A DNA stretch of 64,000 nt from NCBI GenBank assembly GCA_965207075.1, contig CBDBLO010000002.1, positions 768,001 to 832,000 of the forward strand, given 5' to 3'. This DNA comes from Nitrosopumilus sp. (GTDB taxonomy: Archaea; Thermoproteota; Nitrososphaeria; Nitrososphaerales; Nitrosopumilaceae). Each line of letters begins with the position of its first letter. The stretch's first letter is position 1. Positions 1 through 10,681 of the stretch are shown in pieces. The position numbers were made by a program, and so were the translations under genes. The notes under the pieces were generated by a model, which made no database searches, was not told where the DNA came from, and saw only the letters and a program-made list of their open reading frames with translations.

Positions 1-929
1 CCGGACGGAGAGCACACGCGGGATGCCGGTGTCGACACACCCAGCGCATCAGCAGGTCATTGCATACGTATTGTTCTGCGGGTCCTACTCCGATATGAGC
101 TGAAGATAACGCAGGCGGTCGCCACAGTACGGGCAATACTTGCGTGACTTTGTGCCGTTGCGGTTCTGGAACATTATTTTTGGCGCATCCCCCCGAATAT
201 CGCGCGGTCTTTGGCCTCCAGCTTGTCCATGCTTTCTAGAGTCCGCATTATGCCTGCGTCTTCCTGCGAGCCGTGCCTGTCGGCCAGCTCTTTGAAGATG
301 TCGGGGGTAGCCGCAAAATACTTTTTCGGCAGGCTGTCCGTAATGTAAACGAGGCATTGCACGAACGTCTTATCGTCGATGCTGACTATCAGGTGGTGCC
401 ACTCCTCCAGAATCTCGACGATGTCGCGCTGGGGCGTGCGTCGCTCATTCTGCGCGCCTCTCCCTCTGCCGGATCTCCGAACATTGGCACTTTACTATCT
501 TGCCGCGGTTCATGTAGAGGTAGCCGCACGTCTCGCCCCCGTGAAACTATGAACCTGTCAGAGATGCTCGCAGACGTTGCAGACGCTGCCGTGCCGCTGG
601 CGCTTCAATTGGAGCCGCTACCTGCGGGCCCGCGCCAGCCCGAATAATCCCAGAAAATCAGCACCTCGGAAGGCCCTGCCAACTTATGCACCCCACGCGT
701 TCCTATGGTACACGGTCCTGGCCAGGCGCGTCGCACGGTGGCGCCAGGAAGAAGGAATCACCGTCCCTGCCTCAAGACACATACAAGTCACCACATGCAA
801 TCACGCGCGTTTTGTTTTAAACCGTTTTTTGGTATCGCCCCTGCGTGCGACACGAAGGTATCAGTCGAGCCAACATCAGCCCCAAATGACATAGAAGTGG
901 CTTCGGTGACGGCCTTGGTACGTGTTCCT

Positions 930-1652
930 TCAAGTTTGAAGTTTATTATTTATGATTTTGATCAACTTTTCGCATATTGTGACGCAATCGTTCATCCATT
1001 CAATTGCGTTCCTGTTTGTCCCGTCAAAATTTACGACCCCATTGTTTACAGGGTAATAGCGAAGATCGTTTACATGGATTGTGTGCTTAGGAGTTACAAT
1101 TTTAGAATTTTGTATTTTTACTGACGCACCCTTTTCTGCATGTATGAAATCGCCTATGTCCATACTTCCATCAGGATTCATATGTATGGGATTTTCACTC
1201 TGAGTTGTTAGCAACGAATATTCCAGATTTTGATCCTTCATACTGTGTACCTTTGTGTTAACATTGTGTTTTTCTTTTGACGTAAGTAAAGAAATTGCCT
1301 GCCGATGATCTTGGTTTATGTCGAAGATTTGAAGTAAGAATCTTCGTAACGAACTAGTGATTATTATAGGTTTTTTTGATTTGCGTTTTTTTAACTTAGG
1401 TATTTTTTTAAGTCTATTAATATACTCTGCCTTAGATTCATTTAATTTGGGCCGTGGATAGAAGTCATCATTATTAGTCCCTGGATATTTATTAAATGAG
1501 TTATCCAAAATAATAAGAATACAATCTGTGAAAGTTACTAATGTGGCTTGGTTGTCATTATCTGATTTAGATAAATCAAACTCCCTTATGTGGTCTTTTG
1601 CTTTATTTAAAAATGAATTTAATATCGTCAAATCGTTGTTTTGTCGTATCAT
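930..1652 (-). CDS. AT-rich hypothetical protein, possibly HEPN-like helical protein
   Basis: 240-aa ORF in a sharply AT-rich segment where long ORFs are unlikely by chance; 'ILDNSF...FYP...KEKH' pattern loosely recalls HEPN-like families; start codon uncertain. Confidence 0.6.
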   Translation of the reverse strand: MIRQNNDLTILNSFLNKAKDHIREFDLSKSDNDNQATLVTFTDCILIILDNSFNKYPGTNNDDFYPRPKLNESKAEYINRLKKIPKLKKRKSKKPIIITSSLRRFLLQIFDINQDHRQAISLLTSKEKHNVNTKVHSMKDQNLEYSLLTTQSENPIHMNPDGSMDIGDFIHAEKGASVKIQNSKIVTPKHTIHVNDLRYYPVNNGVVNFDGTNRNAIEWMNDCVTICEKLIKIINNKLQT

Positions 1653-3168
1653 TTTGTTTGTTTTGCGTTGATTGTTAAAAAATATTTTGATGTGTGGGGA
1701 GTGTCAAGCTCGTGTGTGATTACATGGATGGAAGCAGAACCCGCCAACCAAGCTCAATTTCTTGGAAACTATGAATGGGATGCAAGACGCCAAGCATGGT
1801 GCCTGGGATTTGGTACCGGCAGCTAGGACAGGGCCTGGACGCGGGCTTGGGCAGTTACTACTGGGTCGATGCCACGACAACCGTAAACATGTCGTTCCAC
1901 GCGCCGTTGGGGCTGCCGTCGCAGCGGGCGCGCACCTGCACAAGTGGTCTCCTTGGGAGTATGCATCGGCGACCGATGACGACAGGACGGTGACAGTTGA
2001 TGTCTCGAGCGGACAGGACGGCGACGCGATAACGCCCAAGGCAAGGTTCAAGCTGACGAAATCCGGAAGCGCCGAGTTTGGTGTCACGAGTCGTATCGTC
2101 AATGAGGACGGCGAACTGGCCCGGCAGCCGGACGGCAGCAACGTCGTCCTCCCCGGTACCGGCACGTACACCAACCGTACAGGGTGCTCGATCCCGCCGC
2201 CGAATACGACGAGTTGATAATCCGAGTGCAGATTACTGCCATACAGTAGGACAGACTGATTCTGCCTCTTTTTCTTTTATATCCGGACGCTGTCCGGGAG
2301 CATGATCGACATTCTGTTGTTGCTGATAACATACAATCCGCCGTTTACGGATTTCAGAGTGCAGGTGCTCGACGACGATGCCTTTCTGATGGACGTGGCG
2401 GCAGTGGGGCGGTCCGACTTTTCAAAGCTGGCGCACCGCATACAGGAGCTCGGACGCCCAGCATTCCTGACCAAGAACGTCAGGAAGCCGTGAACGGATC
2501 CCCACAGGGGCGCGTCGGTCGGACAGATCATAGTGTCTTTGACGGACTACGGCCTACCGACGGTCGCCCTGAGCGCCTACGTTTCCGGGTTCAGGACGCC
2601 CGAGTGCGATGCCCTCGGGGACAGCAAGCTGTATCCGGCGCTGAAAAAATACGCGTCCCGCGTCGTCGGGCCTGTAGATGGCACTATTTTCGATTGAAGG
2701 CATGCCGTACCATGATCATACTGTCGATTCTGTTTCCATCTATAGCTGCACGCCAAAATTCGTTCCAAGTTTAATCATACGAGCTAAGGCTTTGACGATC
2801 GGGAGATTCCCAATCTTGTCATGAACAAGACGATGTGGAGGATCTCAAAACGGCATCATCGTGAGCCGGTCCGCAATATTCTCCAGCGTGTTAGTGGGCG
2901 TTGAGCCGATCCTTGATGCCTGCGATATCGTTCTTCAGAACCTCGACGTCCTTATATGAGCCATACATGTTTATCCAAAAGCCGCCCCGATCGGCACTCT
3001 TGGACGGTTCGGGTTCAGGGTCACGGACAGGTTCGTCAAGGCATGATCCGGCACAATGTATGCACAGACTGGCCTTTGTCTGGCATGCCTTGTGATGGAT
3101 CCATCACTTGCGTCCATAGGCCTGCTACCGTCTTTCTGAACACCAGTCACTGCCGGCAGAACTCGGTC

Positions 3169-3612
3169 TTATTCGCGCAGGATTTCCTTCACCGTCTTCA
3201 CGAACCTGTCTGCCTTGCTGATCAGATCCTCTGCCTCCGAGTGTGAAACGGCCCCCGGCACGTCATACTGCAGCGTGTGGCGCGTCTGCCTTGCATGGCC
3301 AAATATGTTTATGATGTCCCCCTCAAACGCCCCGGCATACTCTGCCTCTATGAATTGCTGGGTAACGAGGTGGTGGGATCCCCTGTCCCTTGCCTTGTAC
3401 CCCCTGCTGTACATCAGTGCCGTGGCTGCCTCCAGTATCGCATTATAGGCTTCCTTGTATGCAGTGTCGTCTACGTCCGGATGATTTATCGGCACGATCT
3501 GTTTGCACGACCTCAGGTTGGCGTCCGCGATGTTGATCTTCGAGTCAATCTCTGCACGGCTGCTTTGATAGCGCTCTATCTTCCTATTCTGCAATAGCCT
3601 GTTTAAATCCAT
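3169..3612 (-). CDS. HEPN domain protein (toxin of MNT-HEPN pair)
   Basis: AYNAILEAATALM helix, GSHH, and R-X4-Y motif (RHTLQY); overlaps the 3' end of the upstream nucleotidyltransferase gene. Confidence 0.85.
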   Translation of the reverse strand: MDLNRLLQNRKIERYQSSRAEIDSKINIADANLRSCKQIVPINHPDVDDTAYKEAYNAILEAATALMYSRGYKARDRGSHHLVTQQFIEAEYAGAFEGDIINIFGHARQTRHTLQYDVPGAVSHSEAEDLISKADRFVKTVKEILRE

Positions 3613-4606
3613 CCTCGTCCCCCCTTACCATGATTATCTCATTGAGCTTTATGTGGCCTAACAGCGACGATCTCTCCTTGCTGCTAAACTGCTGGTCGTC
3701 CCACACGACCGCGTTGATCTCCCTCCCTATCCTGCTTTCTAGGGACGAGACTGACTCATAAATCCTGTCCCTCGATACCTGGCCTATGACCAGCAGGTCT
3801 ATGTCGCTTGACTCTGTCTCCGTCCCCTTGGCAAACGAGCCGTAGATCAGCGCGTACCTTATGTCGTACTGTGCAAGCTCCCCTGCGATGATCTTGTCTG
3901 CAAGCTCGAACTTTAGAAATATCCGCCTTAGCTCCTCGTGGATTATGCAGTCCCTGTTTATCCTGTAAAACACTGCCGTGCCCTTCCTGGTCTTGGCGAT
4001 GATGTCCAATGGCTCCACCCTGTTCAGCTCCCTCAGGACGGTCGATGGAGCCAGTCCTGCCCTCCGTGCCAGATCGTTCAGGTAAAACTCGCCTGTCTGG
4101 TTCAGCAGCAGAAAGCCCAGTACGTGCACGAGCGTCTTTGACCGGAACAGCGTATGCAAGAGGCTCTTCCTTCTGGTTGCCGGCCGCTTTTTCTCCACAT
4201 GAAGGATCCTGCTCCTTACCGAGTCCAGCGCCTCTGTTTCCTGTGGGTGTACTGCTTCCCTGACGTCGCCGTCTATGGTAATCAGGCCCACTCCCAGCTC
4301 CCTGCACATGTTTTCCATTCCTCGGCCCGGGGCGCCGGGGATTGCCAGGTATGCGTAATTTGCAGCATTCTTAAAATGCAGGGCGGCCCGGATGGCATTG
4401 TCCAAGTTCCCTCCCTTCCCCCTTACCTCGATTATTGCCAGTTTTCCGTTCTTCTCGGCCACCAGATCCGCTATTCTGCCCCGGATCATCCGTTCGTAAT
4501 GAAGCGTCCAGCCGGCATCCTCAAAGTGTCGTGCCACCCTCTCCTCACTCTCCCTAAGCTTGAATTCATGATTCAAAACCCCTATTTCCTTATGTACAAC
4601 CATCAT
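3584..4606 (-). CDS. PD-(D/E)XK-like domain + winged HTH + minimal nucleotidyltransferase (MNT) fusion
   Basis: N-term ADLVAEKNGKLAIIEVR (nuclease-fold motif); middle LFRSKT...YLNDLARRAGLAPSTVLRELNRVE (wHTH); C-term YGSFAKGTETESSDIDLLVIG (GS-X10-DxD). Confidence 0.85.
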   Translation of the reverse strand: MMVVHKEIGVLNHEFKLRESEERVARHFEDAGWTLHYERMIRGRIADLVAEKNGKLAIIEVRGKGGNLDNAIRAALHFKNAANYAYLAIPGAPGRGMENMCRELGVGLITIDGDVREAVHPQETEALDSVRSRILHVEKKRPATRRKSLLHTLFRSKTLVHVLGFLLLNQTGEFYLNDLARRAGLAPSTVLRELNRVEPLDIIAKTRKGTAVFYRINRDCIIHEELRRIFLKFELADKIIAGELAQYDIRYALIYGSFAKGTETESSDIDLLVIGQVSRDRIYESVSSLESRIGREINAVVWDDQQFSSKERSSLLGHIKLNEIIMVRGDEDGFKQAIAE

Positions 4607-4699
4607 TCGCTAATAGGAAATGCCATTTTTAAGTGTTTAAACTTGACCAGTAGACTGGCGTGATGCACAGTTCTTCATCCCGCCCCGCTCAAGGGGTGC

Positions 4700-5315
4700 G
4701 GCTCTGCAGCATGGCACAGGCCGTTCTACTGCCCTGCAAACCGGACAGGAAGAAGCACCCTAGGTTCCGAGGACTGAACCTGGTTACGTACCCGGACGAC
4801 GCCTCCACGTGCGCCGTAGCGGCCCGGCTCTTCAGGGAGGCTGCTTCGGAGAACACCGTCAGGCCCTGAGGAAGGCCGTAAGGCAGTTCGGGACGCCCGC
4901 GATCATACTGTCTGACAGCAGGTCGTATTTCACCGGCGCGATGACCAGAGGCAGGAGGGAGAGGAAGGAGGGCAGGGCCCCCGAGATCCTCGTGGACGCC
5001 CACCGCGTTCGAGGCGGAGCTTCTCGACCGCGGAATCGAGCTGATAAACGCGAGGCCGTCCACCCCCAGACCAACGGCAAGCTGGAGAGGTTCCACCGCA
5101 GCCTGGAGGGGAGATAGGGCACTACGAGAGCCTGTCCGCATACATCGAGTACTACAACGAGGACAGGCTGCACTGGTCCCTCGACATCGACAACTACCAA
5201 ACCCCGCTCAAGGCGTTCTCGGACAAGAAGGCCACAAAGGCGATCAGGAGAGGCAACCCCAAATGGATGGAGAGCGAGTCAGAATGACGGTGCGACATAA
5301 TTTTCATATAATACA
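4700..5315 (+). mobile_element. IS481-family remnant (frameshifted integrase-core transposase, right end intact)
   Basis: LNLVTYPDDAS, ILSDSRSYF and HPQTNGKLERFHRSLE motifs split over frames; ends ...TTTTCATATAATACA (IS481-type ACA terminus); left limit approximate. Confidence 0.8.
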
Positions 5316-5333
5316 GTCAACGTATAGCCTCAA

Positions 5334-5582
5334 ATGGCAATCAGGGGTGCTGTAATAGAGGCTCTCAGGCATCATGGCGGCACGGCTAGGATGTCACAGA
5401 TCGTAGGCTACATCAGCCAAAAATACCCCGGCATCCTCCCAAACTCAGTCAGGCGCGAACTATACTATGGTTCCAACACAAACCCCCGAACCGGCTTCAG
5501 ATACACGCGTGTCAGCTACGGCGTTTACAAACTAAACGAGGATGCCATCCCTAAAAAGATGGATCAGGCACGGAACCACTAG
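5334..5582 (+). CDS. small winged-helix (HARE-HTH-like) protein
   Basis: AVIEALRHHGGTARMSQIVGYI...NSVRREL...FRYTRVSYGVYKL resembles wHTH domains of restriction-associated proteins. Confidence 0.6.
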   Translation: MAIRGAVIEALRHHGGTARMSQIVGYISQKYPGILPNSVRRELYYGSNTNPRTGFRYTRVSYGVYKLNEDAIPKKMDQARNH

Positions 5583-7256
5583 ACAATATGCGTAATTAAA
5601 GAAAAAATTCACACAGGCATGCATAATGACCACATGCCGGGGCAATTTGCGAAGTTTTTTGGAATTAATTACATGTGTGTGAGTGCAACGTGGGCCGCGA
5701 ATTAATCATGGCGCCAAAAATGCCGGAAAAATACGTGACATGCAATTAATTACGGCAACTGCGGCCGCGGAAAAAACCCGGGCAAGAGCCGGCCTTTTCC
5801 GCGATGTGTTCTGGGTGGCTGCCGCCGGCGGCAGGCTGCCGCCGGCCCCGCGTTAGCGGCCCTTCCCGCCGCCGCCTAGGACGGACTGCCAGTGGCCGTA
5901 GGTGCCGTTTCGGAGCATGAGCCTCGCGTTGGCAAGCCCGCATGCGACGTTGAACTCGGTGTTGAAGTCCTCGAGGGTCCCCTCGTATACGGAGGATACG
6001 CGCCGGTAGTGCTTGACGGACGCGATGGCGTTCTCCACTACGACCCTCTCCTTGGACAGCCTTTTGTTGTGCGCCTTCTGCTTCTTGGTGAGCTGCCCGC
6101 CCCTCGGCTTTCTTATCGGGGTCACCACCTCGGCGCCCGGCAGGTCCTTGTCCAGCCCCTGGAACCCGGAGTCCCCGAGCACGCGGAGCGCCATCCTGCC
6201 CGCCCCCTTGGGCAGGTCCGCCCCGAGCACGTCCTCCGCGAACGACCCCAGGTCGCCGAGGAACTCCCGGGTTATCGTAATGTCGTGCACGCTGCCCTGG
6301 AGCGTGCGGCTGATCGCGATCACCATGCCGTCTGGCATGGTCATGACCACGGTGTTGCCGGTGTACGCCTTCTTCTTGCCCGAGTACATGGCGTCGCGCA
6401 CCTCCTTGTCCCCCGCCCTGACGAACCGGACGTGGGTGCCGTCAAGCAGTATGGTGTCGGCCCCGGCGCCCCCGGGGAACAGTGCGGCGAACTCCCTTGG
6501 CGAGTGGACGTGCCGCAGGATGTCCATGAACCTGTGCGGGGCGGGCAGCATGGTGGCAAGTATGCGGTCCGCGACCCTGACGTACCTGCACACGGCGGCC
6601 TGGTCGATGCCGAAGATGACGCCCAACTGGTCCTGGCAGTTGTTGCGGTATTTGCGTGTCAGGTCTAGCAGCAGCACGTACGCGGGATGGAGCGCGCACC
6701 GGTTGCCCGGCTCCGACGCCCTGACCGGGTCGTCGCGTACGAGCGGAACGTTCCTGATATAGTCCTCGTACGCGTCCGCGGCCGGGCGCGGGCCCCTCTT
6801 CCCTGCGCGCGCCTTTTCGTACTGGCGCCGCCTCTCGATCTCCTCGGCCTCCATGGCCTCCCACCCCGCCGCAAAGGCGCGGTACAGCATCCCGAACTCT
6901 TTACTGCTGTACCCGGTCATCGCGTGCAGCTTTGCATCGGACGCCAGCACTCTTCTCATATTCGCAAGACACAGTTCCGTGTCTCCGGCGCTTTCCAGCA
7001 GGGTTGAATCATCAACGACGGGCACGTCAGACAGCCAGTCCTTTTCTTCCTTGTCGTCGCTGACGCAGAAATATTGATCATCATTTTTCCCCTTGGCCTT
7101 CCCCGCGGCCTTTAACATCCGCATTCCCATGCCGCATTATCGCGGGAGTTTGTTTATAGATCTTTTGATTGAGATCACTTAACCCGTTTTCCGGGCAGAT
7201 CCTAGGCACGAAAATGTTTATGTTCATTAAAAATATGCCGATTACGCATATTGTCT
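5581..7256 (-). mobile_element. complete IS5-like (DDE_Tnp_4 type) insertion sequence
   Basis: perfect 16-bp terminal inverted repeats AGACAATATGCGTAAT (5581-5596) / ATTACGCATATTGTCT (7241-7256); 3-bp ACT duplication on both flanks. Confidence 0.9.
5853..7130 (-). CDS. DDE transposase (IS5/ISL2-like, HTH_Tnp_4 + DDE_Tnp_4)
   Basis: LLDGTH, YSGKKK, GSVHD, GDSGFQG, R-VVVENAIASVKHY motifs; intact 425-aa ORF. Confidence 0.92.
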   Translation of the reverse strand: MGMRMLKAAGKAKGKNDDQYFCVSDDKEEKDWLSDVPVVDDSTLLESAGDTELCLANMRRVLASDAKLHAMTGYSSKEFGMLYRAFAAGWEAMEAEEIERRRQYEKARAGKRGPRPAADAYEDYIRNVPLVRDDPVRASEPGNRCALHPAYVLLLDLTRKYRNNCQDQLGVIFGIDQAAVCRYVRVADRILATMLPAPHRFMDILRHVHSPREFAALFPGGAGADTILLDGTHVRFVRAGDKEVRDAMYSGKKKAYTGNTVVMTMPDGMVIAISRTLQGSVHDITITREFLGDLGSFAEDVLGADLPKGAGRMALRVLGDSGFQGLDKDLPGAEVVTPIRKPRGGQLTKKQKAHNKRLSKERVVVENAIASVKHYRRVSSVYEGTLEDFNTEFNVACGLANARLMLRNGTYGHWQSVLGGGGKGR

Positions 7257-7263
7257 ACTGAAT

Positions 7264-7858
7264 CTACACCTTGGAGAGTTCGAATCGAAAACAGCTCGAA
7301 CTCGGTACTGCTGCAAATTCGTGATATGGGCACGGCGGTTTTCGGATCTTCTCTGAAAGCGACGCGCAGTCATTCTGATCCCAATTGCGCCTGACCGCTG
7401 CCAGCAGCTCTAACATGCAGTCATGCAACTCCTTGTGCCTTTCAAGTTCGGCCAAGTATTCTTTGACTGCAGTCACGTGGGCTACAAGCGTCGAGTCGTC
7501 CGAGTTGAATCCTGCCCAAAAATCCTCAAACAGTCTGTTCAGCCTGTCGTGTATTTTTCCGGGCTACTTCATCGCGTTCTCAGCATGACAAAGGTTTCGT
7601 TGGTTTCGGCAATATCATTATTTATGATCTCAAGGACCTCTTTGGATACCGTGAAGGTCTTAGTGAATGCGGTGAACTCATGTCGTTATTTCTCAAAGGT
7701 AGCCTTGAGTTGTTCGTCCATGTCTCCGTCCGTGCTGGAGATATTAACTTCTGGATTGCTGCGGGTTTTGTCAAATCTGTGTCTGTCTGTGATCCTCCGA
7801 TTGTACTGACTTTGTTATATACGAACTTCGAGATACTGGAACGTGTGTCAGGCCGCAA
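7264..7858 (-). pseudogene. fragmented coiled-coil-like hypothetical gene
   Basis: several short same-strand charged/helical ORF pieces in different frames. Confidence 0.35.
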
Positions 7859-8085
7859 TCTTGCTGATATTTGGAGCGGCCCTCTCCGTAGCAGGGGTTA
7901 TGGCGATGGGTGTTGATGATTCCGGAGTAGTCGTTGGACTGCCGCTCTTGCTAGGGGGATTCTTGGCAGGCGGTGTGGGTGCAGTCCTTCTCATCAAAGG
8001 CGGTTGACTGTTCGTTTCAGAGAAGATTCAGAATCCACACCGTGCCAATCTCACGAATCCACAGCAATGCCGATTCTCAGGCGCT

Positions 8086-8145
8086 GGTGCGAATTCATGA
8101 TACGGATCAGAGTCTCGACTGAAATCCATATCACAAATTCGTACC
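8086..8145. repeat. ~60-bp imperfect palindrome, copy 1
   Basis: GGTGCGAATTCATGATACGGAT-cagagtctcgactgaa-ATCCATATCACAAATTCGTACC; second copy at 9045-9104. Confidence 0.85.
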
Positions 8146-8467
8146 CACGCCCCTAAACGAAACCTTTGTTGATCATACTAATTGGCACACCGCATGGTTG
8201 CAACATCCAAGGAGTTCCAAACAGGTTCACGTACGAGAGGAGCTCCTGGCCTTGGGGACAAACGTGACTGGGAGGGGATGGTTCCTGACCATGTACGTGG
8301 GCGCGTCTGCTGATTTCGAACGTAGTGTCGGCAGGGCCTCGGTAGCTCCAGGCGAAAACCGCATACAGGATCAAGGGATTGTACGCGGCCGTCTCGACCC
8401 AAAAAAACTATTTTCCACCTATCAACTTGTCCCGAGTGGAATTATCTACTGCGAATGTTCCAGTTTC

Positions 8468-8992
8468 TTATTTTTCGTTTAGTTTTGTGGATAGGTTTTT
8501 GATCTCCGTTTCAATTAGTTCTAGTAACGTTTCCTTTATGTCGTTAAATTTTTGATTAAATTCATATTCATATCTTTCTACCGGCGGTAAACTCTCAATA
8601 TATTCTTGCGTTTTCATCATCTCTTCTTCAATCTTTTCATCGGGATAATCCTCTTGTTCTGGTTCTTGAATATAATACGGGTGCTGTTTTTCAAATTCTT
8701 CTATTTCTTGTGATTTGACATCTACAAACTGTTTAACTTTATCATCAATCCAAACTCCTTTGTCTGAATTAAAAAATGCCTGCAAATCAGAAAAAGCTTC
8801 ATGACCCTTTTCGGATTTCTTAATAATATACCTCATGCGCATATAAGATTCAACAAAGTACTGCTGTTTTGACATGTTAAGAATTTTTGTAGAATTAGTA
8901 ATCGCTTTCCTATGAAAATATACTGAAACGCCTAGAATTGCCCCAGATACAACTAAAGCGAATACAGAAATAATAGAAGTAAACGATTCCAT
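8468..8992 (-). CDS. AT-rich hypothetical protein with N-terminal transmembrane helix
   Basis: 174 aa; hydrophobic IISVFALVVSGAILGVSVYF followed by acidic helical region; low GC. Confidence 0.75.
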   Translation of the reverse strand: MESFTSIISVFALVVSGAILGVSVYFHRKAITNSTKILNMSKQQYFVESYMRMRYIIKKSEKGHEAFSDLQAFFNSDKGVWIDDKVKQFVDVKSQEIEEFEKQHPYYIQEPEQEDYPDEKIEEEMMKTQEYIESLPPVERYEYEFNQKFNDIKETLLELIETEIKNLSTKLNEK

Positions 8993-9044
8993 CAGTATAG
9001 TCCGTCATGGATTGATGTATTTGAATGATCTGTCGACGGGTGCG

Positions 9045-9104
9045 GGTGCGATTTCATGATATGGATCAGAGTCTCGACTAAAATCCATGTCACGAATTCA
9101 CACC
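9045..9104. repeat. ~60-bp imperfect palindrome, copy 2
   Basis: GGTGCGATTTCATGATATGGAT-cagagtctcgactaaa-ATCCATGTCACGAATTCACACC. Confidence 0.85.
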
Positions 9105-9153
9105 AGCACCGATTCTCATATACTTTAAATATCTCTAGTTACATCACTTGTGA

Positions 9154-9444
9154 TTGCGAAAAGGGAGATATTTTCACTATAAGCTAGTTCTGTTACAATA
9201 TCTGATGGACAGCAATTTCATTATAAAAATAGGTGAAGATTTCACTGAATCTACTGGCCTGGCACAAGAACTATGCATTCCTATTAGCTCGTGGTATGAT
9301 ATAACGCGCGATCTAGCAAAATCTTGCCAGATCATAATAAGGCGTAAAAACCGTCAAGTTGCAGGAAGGAGTGTTTACATGGTTCATGAAATACAGCTTA
9401 CAAAGGATGGGCTAGAGTTTTTAACTCGTTTTAGTCATGCGTAA
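9154..9444 (+). CDS. putative winged-helix transcription regulator
   Basis: STGLAQELCIPISSWYDITRDL helix pair and C-terminal IQLTKDGLEFL wing motif; TATA-like TTTAAATA at ~9124. Confidence 0.55.
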   Translation: MRKGRYFHYKLVLLQYLMDSNFIIKIGEDFTESTGLAQELCIPISSWYDITRDLAKSCQIIIRRKNRQVAGRSVYMVHEIQLTKDGLEFLTRFSHA

Positions 9445-9931
9445 AAATTGCATGATCGTTACGAGTTATCTGATTTTTTATTAATGCATAAAGTGCCGCA
9501 CCAGAACATGCCAGTGTTAGACTCTCACTATAATTTAGAATCAAGTCTGCGTATGGAAATGTAATATCAAAGTAATTCTCAATAACCATGCCTATAATTC
9601 TTCTATCGGACTAATATATTTTCTTAGTTGGGTACTAGTGCAAGTTCGGGATATGGAATCTAGGCACGGCATTGTTACCTTATTTTAATCCTATTGTTGA
9701 CAGGGACTGTGAAGTCTACGTGAGTCGGGACAGGCTGTAAAGTACGTGAGTTGCGGATTTCTCTGAGGTGCTGGAGCAGTCATTAAACAGGCACGATCTT
9801 AAACCTCAATTTCCTCAGCCTCATAACTGGAAACAGATGGCAGTTCTTGTATGCCGCTATGTATCCCGACACCTGATAACTCTACTACCACGAGTCCAGA
9901 AGTTAATATACAACGTCCCTGTAGGCGTGAC

Positions 9932-10228
9932 ATGAACAAGGACACAATCATCAGCCAGATAAACGACAAGGTAGACAATACAGGCATAGAGAACAAACCC
10001 AACCTGACGCGGAAAGAAAAATATCCCTACTGGTACATTGGCATCACAGACGATCCGGATAGGCGAAAGCAGGAGCACATAGATAACAAAAAGAATGTTA
10101 AATTCTGGACAGAGTGGCCCGTGGATAACGAGGATGATGCTGGCGAGATAGAGAAGCACTTCCATGATCTCCGCATGAAGGGTAGCGGCGGCGGTAGCAA
10201 GAATCCTACACACGTTTACATCTATTGA
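9932..10228 (+). CDS. GIY-YIG-like nuclease domain protein
   Basis: WYIGITDDPDRRKQEH motif and AGEIEKHF helix; TATA-like TTAATATA ~25 bp upstream of ATG 9932. Confidence 0.65.
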   Translation: MNKDTIISQINDKVDNTGIENKPNLTRKEKYPYWYIGITDDPDRRKQEHIDNKKNVKFWTEWPVDNEDDAGEIEKHFHDLRMKGSGGGSKNPTHVYIY

Positions 10229-10681
10229 CAGTCCACAAAAACCGGGTATTGTTTTCAATTCAGTGGGTCGGCGGTAGGCACGGGGATATACCACATTATC
10301 GCACCCCTCCGGGCGGCCCGGGGTGCCTGACAAACGTGAACGGATCTCGCCTTTCGGGCCTGGTACTCAACACCATAGCCAGGATCGTGGGCGAGCTTAA
10401 AAACGACTCGCGAAAGGAGGTAGCGGGCCCGCGCCGGCCCGCGCCGTTATGATGCCTGAGGACGCGAACCGGCCGCGGGACGGCCCGCGGGGGGCGCCGC
10501 CGTGCCGGGCAGGGACGATCGCGGGCGGGGAAGATATTCTCTCAGGCGCCGCATGCGGGCGTAGCCCGGCAGGGACGCGCCCGGCTGCGGGTTCCTGATC
10601 GGGCGCAGGTGGGGCGGCGCCCGGGCGGCGGGGCCGCATTCCGCAGGTGTTATTAAGGTGTCTTTTCAACAAGTTTCGTTG

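Noticed and set aside
1704-3160. Short overlapping ORFs as real genes
   Set aside because: No recognisable motifs or consistent frame; probably gene debris
8086-9104. Integron attC sites
   Set aside because: No RYYYAAC...GTTRRRY boxes and no integron integrase; kept only as unexplained palindromes
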